A DNA stretch of 64,000 nt from an uncultured Clostridium sp. (GCA_947303785.1 CAMYZH010000003.1:596-64595), one strand, 5' to 3'. Shown: positions 28,261 through 38,587, numbered from the stretch's first letter. The notes: generated by a model from the sequence alone, not told the origin. Numbers and translations are program-made.

Positions 28261-29709
28261 TTACAAATCTTCTAGCTGTTTTCTAAGATTTTCATATTGT
28301 TCTTGTAAATCTCTATAATTTTCATCATATTCTTCGTATTCTGAAAATATAGTCTCTTTTGAATTTTCTATCTCTTCAAATTTTCCTCTTAAAATAGCCA
28401 TTTTCTCATTTCTTGAATTTAACAAATTAGAAATTTTATCAAATTCTGCTAGTTTCTCTTCTAATTTTTCCCTATATAATTTTTGAGTTCTTGATAATTC
28501 TTTTTGCGTATTTTTCTCTTTTTTCTTAATTAGAAATATTTTTTTCTTCTTATTTAGGTTCTCTTTTCCTGACACTATTTCATTATAAATGTCAATTTCT
28601 TTTTCTACCGCATTTTTTCTTTCTTCCAAATCACTTATTTCTTGTTCTAGTTTTTCTAATTCTTCAAGAGTTTCTTCATATTCTTTTGAGCATTGTTCCA
28701 CTCGATTGCCTAAAACATCATGTTTTCTAGTTTTTGATTTTATTAAAGCATCTACTTGTTCCAGCTTCTCATTTAATTCATATTCTTTAATAGCTCGTTC
28801 GTATATTTTTTGAAGTTTTGATATTTTACTTAAATCTATTATTCCAGAAACTGACATATCATCCTGACTACGTTGCATACTCATTTGAGATAGTTCTTTT
28901 TCTAAATATGCATCAAATCTATCTTGTTTGCTTAAACATTCCAACGATAATTTTCTATAAAAACAATGTGTACCTTCCATGTTTTTATAAGAATCTTCAA
29001 TTCCGTCACTTCCCATAAAGCATGCTGCTACAGGTTTTTGAATCATGTTTATTACACAATATCTTATACTTTCAGTAGCATCATTATCACACATGGATGT
29101 TGTTACATTAGTTTCGCACCTTTCATCCCATGGAATAGGTTGCTCAATTTCTCCATTCTCATAAAGCACATCACATCTTCCATCACCCTGTTGAATAAGA
29201 ATTAAGAAATTTTTTAATATCAGTCCACAAATTAATGTTGTTCCATAAATATGATTTAACCTATTTCCAGATAAATATAATTCTTTTGTACTTTGACTAT
29301 TTTCGCAATTTATATTAATTTCTTCCTCAGTAACTATATTTTGTTTTAAATCTTCTTTAACTTTTTCATTCCAATCATCTATAATTTGTGTAGTTAAATT
29401 GTTTAAAACAAATTCTGTACTATCTTTATCTGAAAATATTTTTTCTAATTCATCATTTTTTTCTTCATAAATTTTAGCAAATTCTGATAAATTTTTAATC
29501 GCCGACTCAACTGCAAATTTCGAACCTATACTACTTCTAAAACATGTTGAATCACCATGGCCATCGGCTATGGTGATGATATAATTCGAATCTGTTTTTA
29601 AAAAACCTGAATTATCTTCACAAGGAATATTTTTAGTTATATGGCTATTACCTCTAACAGTTTTGTTAAAAATAAATAAATCATTCATATCCTTAATAGA
29701 TGTTAGCAA
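28261..29709 (-). CDS. PP2C-family Ser/Thr phosphatase (PphC/YegK-like) with a C-terminal coiled coil
   Basis: PP2C motifs CEDN, IADGHGDS, YGTTL, QQGDGR and MGSDGIED, followed by a long E/K-rich coiled coil. Confidence 0.7.
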   Translation of the reverse strand: MLTSIKDMNDLFIFNKTVRGNSHITKNIPCEDNSGFLKTDSNYIITIADGHGDSTCFRSSIGSKFAVESAIKNLSEFAKIYEEKNDELEKIFSDKDSTEFVLNNLTTQIIDDWNEKVKEDLKQNIVTEEEININCENSQSTKELYLSGNRLNHIYGTTLICGLILKNFLILIQQGDGRCDVLYENGEIEQPIPWDERCETNVTTSMCDNDATESIRYCVINMIQKPVAACFMGSDGIEDSYKNMEGTHCFYRKLSLECLSKQDRFDAYLEKELSQMSMQRSQDDMSVSGIIDLSKISKLQKIYERAIKEYELNEKLEQVDALIKSKTRKHDVLGNRVEQCSKEYEETLEELEKLEQEISDLEERKNAVEKEIDIYNEIVSGKENLNKKKKIFLIKKKEKNTQKELSRTQKLYREKLEEKLAEFDKISNLLNSRNEKMAILRGKFEEIENSKETIFSEYEEYDENYRDLQEQYENLRKQLEDL

Positions 29710-29749
29710 ATACTTACATCATTCTCCTTCTCTGTAGGTTTTTTTAGTA

Positions 29750-30511
29750 CTATTCCCAGTCATCTAAATTCCAATCTTCTTCAATATCGCCATCATCAGT
29801 AACACCTGAATCACTTACATCTGAATCATCTAATATTCCATCATTTAAAGCATCACTTACTACACTTCCACCAGTTACTAATTGGCCTGCATCATTTTTG
29901 GTTTGTGACTGTAACTTACTTGATGTTATTGTCACATATTTTAGTAATTTTTTAAATTTATCTAAATCATCTGTTTTTATAACTGCTTCTGAATTTCCAA
30001 CGATTTCTGCTATTGCTTTATCATCAGCATCATCTCCAATTGCAAATCCTATTTTAGTTGCATATCTAAACCATTTATTTTGTTTTATACTATCTAATGC
30101 ATCTTCATAATCATCAGTAGGATATCCGTCTGTCATAAATATAATTATTGGTAATTTAGCTCCTATTGTTGCATTAAGATATTGATCTTTATGCAATTTT
30201 GATTCAAGTTCTTTAAGAGCTGAACCAATATCAGTAACACCTCCTGCTTTAAGGTTAGAATATATAAAATCTTCGATATATTCTGGACCATTGTAAGTTA
30301 TCCAATTACAACCGCTATTAAATTCAAGTATTGCAATTCTTATGTGTGCATCTCCATTATGTTTTGCTTCTTCCTCTAGTGCTTTTGTAGTTTCAACCAT
30401 AGCAGCATTTAATGTTGCAATTTTTTCATTCTCCATACTTCCTGATGTATCTAGTACAAAAAATACTGTTAAATCTGGTCTTGTTTCAATTTTTCCTGGC
30501 ATATTTGGCAT
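29750..30511 (-). CDS. von Willebrand factor A (vWA) domain protein with an acidic C-terminal tail
   Basis: MIDAS motif VLDTSGSM and an overall vWA fold pattern. Confidence 0.8.
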   Translation of the reverse strand: MPNMPGKIETRPDLTVFFVLDTSGSMENEKIATLNAAMVETTKALEEEAKHNGDAHIRIAILEFNSGCNWITYNGPEYIEDFIYSNLKAGGVTDIGSALKELESKLHKDQYLNATIGAKLPIIIFMTDGYPTDDYEDALDSIKQNKWFRYATKIGFAIGDDADDKAIAEIVGNSEAVIKTDDLDKFKKLLKYVTITSSKLQSQTKNDAGQLVTGGSVVSDALNDGILDDSDVSDSGVTDDGDIEEDWNLDDWE

Positions 30512-30527
30512 ATTAAATTCCTCCTAT

Positions 30528-31844
30528 TTACTTTATATATATTTTATATTTTTCAATATCAATTGAAATTCCTGTTTTTAAAGGTACTATATCTTTAGAT
30601 ATAACTTTTTTTATTTTGCCACTTGGTGTTGTAGCATTCCATACAATAGTCGACATATTTGCTAAACCATATAAGTTTGGATTCGATTTATTTCTAACCA
30701 CTTTTGCAACTGGCTTTAATGCTTCATTTGTATTACTTCTACCTATTTGGAAATTATATATTCTAGTATCTTCTTTTCCAGGTGCTAAGAAATTATCTAT
30801 TTCTATATAATTTTTAATGTTCAAATCTTTATTACAACAATCACATGAAGTTATTTCGTTTTTAAGGAATACTGAATTACCGCATTTTTCACAAATTATT
30901 ATATCATTTCTAAATTTTGCAATATTCTCCATCCATTCAATTTCTCTTGGTCTATAATTTACATTTTTTATTAGAGCTTCTCTACTGAAAGCCTTTATAA
31001 AGATGTCTTTTATGTAACTTGGGAAATATGGCCATATACTAATAACATTTTGATGTATTGCTTGCAAAGGACTGTTACTCTTATCTTTAGGATCTAGCAT
31101 AAATGTAGCACCTTTTCCATATAATTCATCAGATAGTGCATCAATATTTCCACATTTTTTTATTTTCTTACCTTCCAGTGGGTGTGTATTTGTAAAAAGC
31201 ATAAATATTAAAAGTGCTAGTGAATATAAATCGCTCATTGTATCAGGCTTTATTTTACCTTTTCCCATTACTATTTCTGGAGCCATATAACGTGGTTTTC
31301 CTAAAACTCCCATATCTATTCCATTTGGAGATACATTATCATTATCACCAATTAAAATACTTCCTGTATTTGGATTAATGAAAAAATTACCATCATTCAA
31401 ATCTTGATAACTATATCCAATATTATGTAATTTTCTAAATGCAGAAACCATATTTAGTGTTGCATCACATACAACTTTAAAGTTCTTAAAATGTACATTT
31501 CCTAGAATATACTCTGTTATGGTATAATAACCATCTTTAACTAAATCCATAACATATCCAAATGTGCCATCTTTTTTTTCAGTTACATCAATTGGCCATA
31601 AAAACTCTTTGCCTGGTGTAGTTTTTTCTTTATTATTAACTAAATTTTCATAAAATTTATCTGGAACAGCTCCATCTTTTCTTTTTTTATACCATTTTAA
31701 AGCTTTTAGACTTGAATCATAATCTACCAGGTATACATATCCTTGTCCACCTTCACCTAAAAGCTTTTGAACAACTATTTTCTTTCCATCAATTGTACGA
31801 ATAATTGTGCCTATTCTTAATCCTTTCTCATCAGCTATTTTAAT
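30528..31844 (-). CDS. Divergent Ser/Thr protein kinase (YegI-like) with a C-terminal Cys4 zinc ribbon; there is no ATG start
   Basis: Gly-loop GEGGQGYVY, the segment ALKWY, catalytic YQDLNDGN, the APE motif YMAPE and CEKCG...CDCC. The frame is open from the TAA at 31854-31856 and its first ATG lies after the Gly-loop. The sequence AAAGGGGGAG precedes ATT and ATA codons. Confidence 0.7.
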   Translation of the reverse strand: MKIADEKGLRIGTIIRTIDGKKIVVQKLLGEGGQGYVYLVDYDSSLKALKWYKKRKDGAVPDKFYENLVNNKEKTTPGKEFLWPIDVTEKKDGTFGYVMDLVKDGYYTITEYILGNVHFKNFKVVCDATLNMVSAFRKLHNIGYSYQDLNDGNFFINPNTGSILIGDNDNVSPNGIDMGVLGKPRYMAPEIVMGKGKIKPDTMSDLYSLALLIFMLFTNTHPLEGKKIKKCGNIDALSDELYGKGATFMLDPKDKSNSPLQAIHQNVISIWPYFPSYIKDIFIKAFSREALIKNVNYRPREIEWMENIAKFRNDIIICEKCGNSVFLKNEITSCDCCNKDLNIKNYIEIDNFLAPGKEDTRIYNFQIGRSNTNEALKPVAKVVRNKSNPNLYGLANMSTIVWNATTPSGKIKKVISKDIVPLKTGISIDIEKYKIYIK

Positions 31845-32075
31845 CTCCCCCTTTTAGCTTTTGAATATAGTTTAAGCTTTTTGCCAACCAAATAAACTTC
31901 AAAATTATTGATATAATACATTTTATATATTTCAAAATATATTAGCACTTTTAAACATTAACAATTTTTTTAATTATATCATAATTATAGCTTTTATCAA
32001 TAAAAAAATGTATTTTATTTAACCTTAAAACTCATTTTAATAGTTTAATTTAACTATTATGCTTAAGATAATAAA

Positions 32076-32330
32076 TCAATTATTCCAATATTTTTTATAA
32101 AAATAGCATAACAAGTCAATAGTATCTTTTTCAACATTTTGTTCATTAAAAATATCATTTTTATCAACTCTTGTTACATATTTATTATCTTTCTTATTTT
32201 TTATAGATTGTAATATATCTATAGGTATTTTCATAACAGTTAATTTATCCATATAACCTAAAATCTCATACACTTCTTTATAGGTCTTAGCAGTAATCAT
32301 TTCTATTTCCTTTCTAAATTTCAATTCCAC
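32076..32330 (-). CDS. Truncated member of the small cassette-partner family (N-terminal half only)
   Basis: Shares the TYKEVYEIL...KIP.DIL motifs with ORFs 38745, 40637 and 43968, and ends right after the YxxYW motif. Confidence 0.4.
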   Translation of the reverse strand: MELKFRKEIEMITAKTYKEVYEILGYMDKLTVMKIPIDILQSIKNKKDNKYVTRVDKNDIFNEQNVEKDTIDLLCYFYKKYWNN

Positions 32331-33672
32331 CTTTTGGTCTAGAAGTTTCCTGTAATAAATCCATATTTTCTGCTATTCTGCTAGCTCCTTCTTCTATTCT
32401 TTCTGCGCCTATTTTTTCAAGCAAGTCAGAAGCATTAGGTCTTGGATTATCTTCAATTTCATGAGGTCCAAACATTCTAATTATTTTTTCAATTACTTTA
32501 TCACAATTTTCACTGATACTATTTAAAGTATAATCGTTTGTAATAACAATATCTCCAAGGCAATTACGATTTTCATAATAATCATCAACACTCGTTTTAT
32601 ACTGCTCAAAAGGAAGCCCTTGTCTATATTTTGAATTATGAAACATGCTTAGAACAGATTCAGGCTTCACAAATACTCTAATAATATTTGTATCTCCCAT
32701 TGCTTTCTTAATTTCATCTAATTCAAAAAAATATGAATCTTCTTTTGAATCTCCAAATGCATCTGAATCTGAAAATACTACTACATCCCCACTTATATTT
32801 ATAGCATCTCTAGGAATTGCTTTTAGTATATCAGGAAGTTTCCATAAATTTCCTATACGAAACTCCAGCACATCAGAATCAAGGTGAATTGCTCCTTTAA
32901 TTTTTCCAGCTAAAGTTTTTGAAAAAGTTGTTTTTCCAGAATCCGGATATCCAGCTACAAGTATCAATAATTTATTTTTACCTTTATATTCAAAACTTTC
33001 ATATTTAGCTTCATAAACTTCGTCTTCCGTTAATTTGGCTCCTTCTGTAACTTCATGTATGTAAAATAATAACTCATTAATATATTCTTTTCTTTCTTCT
33101 TCGCTTTTTATTTCCCTTAATAATCTTAAATTATTTGTACCAATTATTTCTTCAACTTTATCTGCTAAGTCTCTGATTGTTTTAGTATATTTTATAGCTT
33201 TTCTATTGTAAGGAATTTTATCCCCATAAATCCCTGCTTCAGCTGCAGAAAATCTTTCATGTCTTCTCTTTCCTAGTTCAAAAGCAACTAATACAGGTAA
33301 AGTTTGTTTATCTTCTGGGACCCAAAATTGTTGTATAGGTAAATTCTGTTTATCATCTGCCATTGTAATTCTTTCAGGTTTACACTTTTTTATTTTATTC
33401 ATAAATTCTGGATTATCATATATTACTGGAATTAAAAGATTTTCTGTCATTGATTCTTCAGGTAAAGATTCAAACTCTCTCTGTAAATTAAAATATTTTT
33501 GATTTTCAAATATAATCATAAAAATCTCTTCAGTTCTGAACTGAGTTTTAATACTAGGCAAAAAAACTCCTGTCGTTCCATTCTTTTTCCAAATCTTTAA
33601 TAATTCATATAAGGCTTGTTTTACTTCAGCTTGTGTTTTATAACCTTTTCCGCTTTTGCTTTTATTTCCCAT
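32314..33672 (-). CDS. Cassette large protein 1: C-terminal P-loop kinase-like domain (AAA_33/zeta-toxin-like)
   Basis: LILVAGYPDSGKTT Walker A motif followed by a DSD segment. The N-terminal 240 aa has no recognisable match. Confidence 0.45.
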   Translation of the reverse strand: MGNKSKSGKGYKTQAEVKQALYELLKIWKKNGTTGVFLPSIKTQFRTEEIFMIIFENQKYFNLQREFESLPEESMTENLLIPVIYDNPEFMNKIKKCKPERITMADDKQNLPIQQFWVPEDKQTLPVLVAFELGKRRHERFSAAEAGIYGDKIPYNRKAIKYTKTIRDLADKVEEIIGTNNLRLLREIKSEEERKEYINELLFYIHEVTEGAKLTEDEVYEAKYESFEYKGKNKLLILVAGYPDSGKTTFSKTLAGKIKGAIHLDSDVLEFRIGNLWKLPDILKAIPRDAINISGDVVVFSDSDAFGDSKEDSYFFELDEIKKAMGDTNIIRVFVKPESVLSMFHNSKYRQGLPFEQYKTSVDDYYENRNCLGDIVITNDYTLNSISENCDKVIEKIIRMFGPHEIEDNPRPNASDLLEKIGAERIEEGASRIAENMDLLQETSRPKGGIEI

Positions 33673-33800
33673 TAATTACTCCAATCTCATTAATTATATT
33701 TTTCACAATATATCACGATTTCTCCCACGTGTCAAATTTATGTTAACAAACTATCTACTTAAAAGTTTTTCTCCTTTTAATTCCAAAAATTAACTACAAA

Positions 33801-33835
33801 AAAACAGTAAAAATTTAACTATTTACTGTTTTTTA
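33801..33835. terminator. Terminator hairpin (aacagtaaa...tttactgtt followed by a T run)
   Basis: Overlaps the stop codon of the NUDIX gene. Confidence 0.5.
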
Positions 33836-34467
33836 TTAATACTTTTCATTTTAGAAATATACTTTTCATATATTGGTTTCATTTTTGCTTGGGTTGTGAC
33901 TTTTACAACATCATCAATATCAACCCATTTAACCTCACAATTTTCATCTTCTTTTATTCTTAAATTCTCAGTTTCATTTGCTTCCCATAGATAAACGCAA
34001 TCTAAATGTAAATGTGGTGATACAAATTCACCATTTTTAATGTGACCATCAATGGCCACTATCTGAAATCCATATAAATCATTAATTAATAATTTCAAAT
34101 CATTTATTCCGGTTTCTTCTTTTGCTTCTTTTAAAGCCACATGTATTAAATCACTATCTCCATCTGCATGTCCGCCTGTCCATGCCCATGATTTAAAAAT
34201 ATTATGGTATACCATTAATATTTTTGTTCTTTCTTTATTTATTATCCAATTTGATGCTGTAAAATGACACATTTTGTTTTTTCTTGTTAGTACATCTTCA
34301 AATGTGTTTATATATTCAAGTATCTGCTTTTTATCACTTTTTTCTTGTTCATTAAATGGTTTATATTTTTCTATTTGTTCTTTTATGTTCATTTTTTCTC
34401 CTGCCTTTATATACTGATTAATATATATGGGCGAAGCCGCAGCTAGATACAAATGTGCCCATCTCAT
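33823..34467 (-). CDS. NUDIX hydrolase
   Basis: Nudix box GGHADGDSDLIHVALKEAKEETGI. Confidence 0.8.
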   Translation of the reverse strand: MRWAHLYLAAASPIYINQYIKAGEKMNIKEQIEKYKPFNEQEKSDKKQILEYINTFEDVLTRKNKMCHFTASNWIINKERTKILMVYHNIFKSWAWTGGHADGDSDLIHVALKEAKEETGINDLKLLINDLYGFQIVAIDGHIKNGEFVSPHLHLDCVYLWEANETENLRIKEDENCEVKWVDIDDVVKVTTQAKMKPIYEKYISKMKSINKKQ

Positions 34468-34496
34468 AAGTATCTTATATTAGCTGTGGCTAAGTG

Positions 34497-35105
34497 TTAG
34501 AAGATGTTATGTATTTCTTGTAGTTGTTTTTGCAAGCTTTGAAGCGACAAAGCTTTTCCACAACATTTTTTCAGAAATTTCTGCCATTCTTCATCGTCAG
34601 GTTCATATTTTTTTTCTGGAGACGCTACCGGTACTGGTAGTAAACTCTCCTCCTCCGTCCATAAAATGACATATTTGCCATTTATGGCTAATATATCAAA
34701 GCTTTTATCATATTTATCCTCTACAAGGATAAATTCTTCTCCCGTTTCTGGCCAAATTTCCATATCTTCAAAAAATCTGTCCAAACACTTTTCAAGTTCA
34801 TCTGCTTGATTATCCAAACCTTCAAGTGTATTGGGTGTATCTATTTGAAGATACAACGTAGATTGTCCATCTAGTCTTTCTATGATAAATGATTTCCCGG
34901 TTGTTACTTCTTGGAAAAGCATCACTTCATAGTCTTCTGGCTCCTGCACAGGCTCTTCTATGCGGGAACACCCTAGAAGTTCAACTACTAATACCAAACA
35001 CACCACTAATACTACATTCCGAAGATTTCTACTCATTTTCTCCTCCTTTCCTCGGAAACCATCCCACAATACTCTTATCAATTGCTCTTTGAGCATTTGG
35101 GACAT
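34497..35105 (-). CDS. Putative lipoprotein
   Basis: Signal sequence and LLGCS lipobox; no other recognisable motif. Confidence 0.4.
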   Translation of the reverse strand: MSQMLKEQLIRVLWDGFRGKEEKMSRNLRNVVLVVCLVLVVELLGCSRIEEPVQEPEDYEVMLFQEVTTGKSFIIERLDGQSTLYLQIDTPNTLEGLDNQADELEKCLDRFFEDMEIWPETGEEFILVEDKYDKSFDILAINGKYVILWTEEESLLPVPVASPEKKYEPDDEEWQKFLKKCCGKALSLQSLQKQLQEIHNIF

Positions 35106-35225
35106 TTATAATAACACAGCTGCAATATTTGCAAGCCTTCTTTTATTATACCATTTTTTCTTATATTTTCAAGTTTTTCGCTCCACAAGTATTCTTTTCT
35201 AATCAAAAACTTCAATTTTCTTTAA

Positions 35226-36734
35226 TTAATTCTTTTTAGCAATCCTTCTTGCAACCCAAACTACTAATATAGCAACAATAACTCCAATAACAGGTATTAA
35301 TAACATACTCATATTAAATGAAGACTTTTCATTTAACACATTTTCATCACTATCTGAATTTTGATTATTATCATCAAATAGAACTTTCTCACCATTATAA
35401 TCAGTATCTGTTATAGCAAAACCATCTACATATAAGGTATAGCCATTTAAATTAATATTACTATTATCTGAAACATCATTATTCAATGCCGTTATATAAG
35501 AATCTCCTGTTAAAGTCAATGTAGAACTACTATCTAATGTAATACTAATTGATTTTGCAGTATTATCACCATTAATTGTTCCAGAATAACTACTTCCATT
35601 TTTTAATGAAAAATCCAATGTAGAAATATTATCAACTAAAATATCACCTTCAATTTTCTGATTTTTAGCATTTAAAGTAACATTTCCACCATTTGAACCT
35701 GATGTTCCCCATTTTGCTGCACCTACTTTTAAAAATCCTCCATCAGAATCATTATTTATTATTTCATTATTTTCTAGTTCTATAACAGTACTTGTATTTG
35801 TAACAAATATTATCTCACCTTTATTATTAACAATTTTAGAATCTTTAGCAGTAAATGAAGATGTTCCTACATCGGCATCTCCTGACATAGATTGATATAT
35901 AAATATAGATTTATATGTTTCTGAATTTCCATTTAGTTTAGTATTTGTAGCCTCCATTGTCACATTATTTAAAGTAACAGAATTCTTACCTTCTACAACA
36001 ACACCCTCTGAGGCTGTTGATATTAAATTAGCATCATTAACAGTAATATCTGCTGTTGAATAAATTACAGGAGAACCTGTTCCATGTGATGTATATGTAC
36101 CACCATTTACAGTTAAAGTTCCTCCCCCTCTATCACTTCTTATTGGAGCCGATGAATTTCCATCTGTTTCAGCTGTTACATTATTTGCAGTTAATGTTCC
36201 TCCTCCTGTTACCATTATTGCTCCAGAATTGTTGCTTGAAGTTTTTATATTAGTATCTGAAATATTTATTGTTCCATTTGAATAAGCAAATACTGCATTT
36301 GCATGTGATCCATCTGTCGTGACATTTCCATCATTTATATTTAGTGTTCCTTCTTCTACCAAAACAGCTGCATTCGTTCCATAAAAATCAGAATCATCTC
36401 CATCAGAATCTCCTGTTTTTGTAATTGTTGAACTTGAAATAGTAGATGTTCCTCCTGTTACTAATATAGCATTTTGAGAACCTTCACTAGAAGAATATGT
36501 TTGCCCATCATTTGTAGTATCACTTGATATTTCAGTTGCTCCTGTATGTGATACATTACTACTTTCTTCAGGAGCATGTCCATTTTCATCAGGCTTTTCT
36601 GGCGGTGTCCCTCCATTTTGAGTTGGCATTTCTCCACTTGGTTTTTCTGGCGGTGCCGCATATACACTTGTAAAATTTAACATTATTGCTAATACAATTA
36701 AAATAGCAAATAAGATTTTAGTCATTTTTTTCAT
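35226..36734 (-). CDS. Cell-surface parallel beta-helix repeat protein with a C-terminal TM anchor
   Basis: Signal peptide, a repeated GGTLT(A/V)NN...T beta-helix pattern, and a C-terminal hydrophobic anchor plus RRIAKKN. Confidence 0.6.
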   Translation of the reverse strand: MKKMTKILFAILIVLAIMLNFTSVYAAPPEKPSGEMPTQNGGTPPEKPDENGHAPEESSNVSHTGATEISSDTTNDGQTYSSSEGSQNAILVTGGTSTISSSTITKTGDSDGDDSDFYGTNAAVLVEEGTLNINDGNVTTDGSHANAVFAYSNGTINISDTNIKTSSNNSGAIMVTGGGTLTANNVTAETDGNSSAPIRSDRGGGTLTVNGGTYTSHGTGSPVIYSTADITVNDANLISTASEGVVVEGKNSVTLNNVTMEATNTKLNGNSETYKSIFIYQSMSGDADVGTSSFTAKDSKIVNNKGEIIFVTNTSTVIELENNEIINNDSDGGFLKVGAAKWGTSGSNGGNVTLNAKNQKIEGDILVDNISTLDFSLKNGSSYSGTINGDNTAKSISITLDSSSTLTLTGDSYITALNNDVSDNSNINLNGYTLYVDGFAITDTDYNGEKVLFDDNNQNSDSDENVLNEKSSFNMSMLLIPVIGVIVAILVVWVARRIAKKN

Positions 36735-36912
36735 GATATCTTCATTCCTTTCCTTTGTTTAGATTACATTAAATATATTAAATAAACATTAAAAAAACAT
36801 TGAAAAAATATGACTTTTGTGAAAATTTCTTTTCAAATTTTTATGTTGTATAAAAATTTGAATAGTGCTAAAATCTTATTGTATGAATTTATTATAAAGG
36901 AGATAAAAAAAT

Positions 36913-37509
36913 ATGAAAGAAAAAAACATAACAAAAGTTTTATTAATAATATCAGTCATTCTTATTATTGCATTAATCTTATTTATATTTAAAAATAATG
37001 GCAATAAAAATAGCACCAACAATAATAAGGCAAATGAAAACCCAGTAGCAACAAATTCCCCTTCACAAGTAAAAACCTTAAGTGTTGATGAAGCATTACC
37101 TATTCTTCAATCCAAATTTGAAATGATTGAAAAAATCTACTTTTCTCCCAACCTTTTCTTTATTGTAAATCAAGGTGAAGAAATAAAAGACTTTGATGAA
37201 ATTATTTTAAGATATGGTACTGAAAATTTTCTTGAAGAAATTCATAATAATATGCCTACATGTATTAACATTGATAATGGAAAATACTATTATATTCCAG
37301 GAGGCGGAGCCGTTGAATATGCTGGATTTGATGGCTTTGAAAATGTAAAGGTTACAGATTCTACAATTACAGCCACTCTAAAAACAAAACAAACTACATT
37401 TAATGGTACTGAATGGGTTTCAACAGATGATAAATCTAGTGAATTTACTCTTGTAAAAAGTGGTGATAAATGGTTAATTGATGTTTTTAATTCTTCAGAT
37501 TTTAACTAA
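36913..37509 (+). CDS. Membrane-anchored hypothetical protein
   Basis: N-terminal TM helix, 198 aa. Confidence 0.45.
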   Translation: MKEKNITKVLLIISVILIIALILFIFKNNGNKNSTNNNKANENPVATNSPSQVKTLSVDEALPILQSKFEMIEKIYFSPNLFFIVNQGEEIKDFDEIILRYGTENFLEEIHNNMPTCINIDNGKYYYIPGGGAVEYAGFDGFENVKVTDSTITATLKTKQTTFNGTEWVSTDDKSSEFTLVKSGDKWLIDVFNSSDFN

Positions 37510-37548
37510 TTTTTTATCATGTTCATGTATTTCTTAAAAATAATTTTA

Positions 37549-37590
37549 AAGCCAATATAGCAAGCAAGGGGAAGTTTTACAACTTCCCCT
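37549..37590 (+). terminator. Rho-independent terminator (gcaaggggaagtt...aacttccccttgc followed by TTTTTT)
   Basis: 13-bp perfect stem and T tract after the ORF that ends at 37509. Confidence 0.7.
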
Positions 37591-37837
37591 TGCTTTTTTC
37601 TAATTTTAAAAAAACTTCAACCAAAAGGCTTATATTTTTATACTATATATCATCTTATAAACTAAATATATTTTTTATAAAACTTCTCGTTTTTAATTTC
37701 AATAGGTGTTTTATTATTTTCATTTTCAATACTTTCTGTATTTTTCTTTTGCTTCTATTTTTTTGACTTATGACACAAATAAAAAAATACCAAAACAACT
37801 AAAATTTTTAACAACTTTAATCGTTTTGGTATTAATA

Positions 37838-38587
37838 TTAATCACAATATGAAATTACACATTTACCATTGTAATTTTCTATATGAAATTCCATGTTTAA
37901 TTGTTCTCTATAATCTTCATCATAGACAATGTCTACATCAGCGATATAATCTAAATCTGAATAGTCTCCCTTTAAAGTAATACTTTTAACTTCATATTCC
38001 AAGCCTGTAGCTCCTCCATCAAAATAATACAAATATCCATTTACGTTTTTAAAAGATTTCGTAAAATTATTTTCAAACCATTGCTCGGTCATATAATCAA
38101 GCATTTTTGTTTTATACTCTGAATACTTAATATTGGTTTTTACATAGTTATCATCTGTTTTTTCTGTATTTGTTCCTAAATCTGTATAGCCTAATGTCTC
38201 TAGTAATGCCTCTGGTGAACCTTGCTGAACACCTACTAATTCTAAATAATTTTGTATTGCATTTTTAATTTCGTCATTTGAAAAAGTCTTATTCTCAACT
38301 CTATTAGTTGTAGTATTACTGTTAGAACTTGTTTCAGAATCGATATTATTCTCTGTTTCAGCAATATTATTATTTGTATTAGATGTTTCACTTATTGTAT
38401 TTTGCAAATTATTAGCATTATTTGCTAATTCACTTACTTGCTTATTTAGTTCTGCTACCTTATTATCAGCTAATTGCTTATCATTATTTAATTTGTAAAT
38501 AAAATATGCCATTACACCAATAGTAATAATAAATAGTATTAATAAAATTGTAGATAAACTAATCTTTGTAGTTTTCTTTTCTTCCAT
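37838..38587 (-). CDS. Membrane-anchored hypothetical protein
   Basis: N-terminal TM helix and a coiled-coil segment. Confidence 0.45.
   Translation of the reverse strand: MEEKKTTKISLSTILLILFIITIGVMAYFIYKLNNDKQLADNKVAELNKQVSELANNANNLQNTISETSNTNNNIAETENNIDSETSSNSNTTTNRVENKTFSNDEIKNAIQNYLELVGVQQGSPEALLETLGYTDLGTNTEKTDDNYVKTNIKYSEYKTKMLDYMTEQWFENNFTKSFKNVNGYLYYFDGGATGLEYEVKSITLKGDYSDLDYIADVDIVYDEDYREQLNMEFHIENYNGKCVISYCD

Noticed and set aside
31857-32075. A promoter, operator or att site in the 215-bp AT-rich gap between the cassette array and the kinase operon
   Set aside because: It contains only generic AT-rich sequence with many weak -10-like hexamers, and no distinctive repeat or palindrome could be supported.
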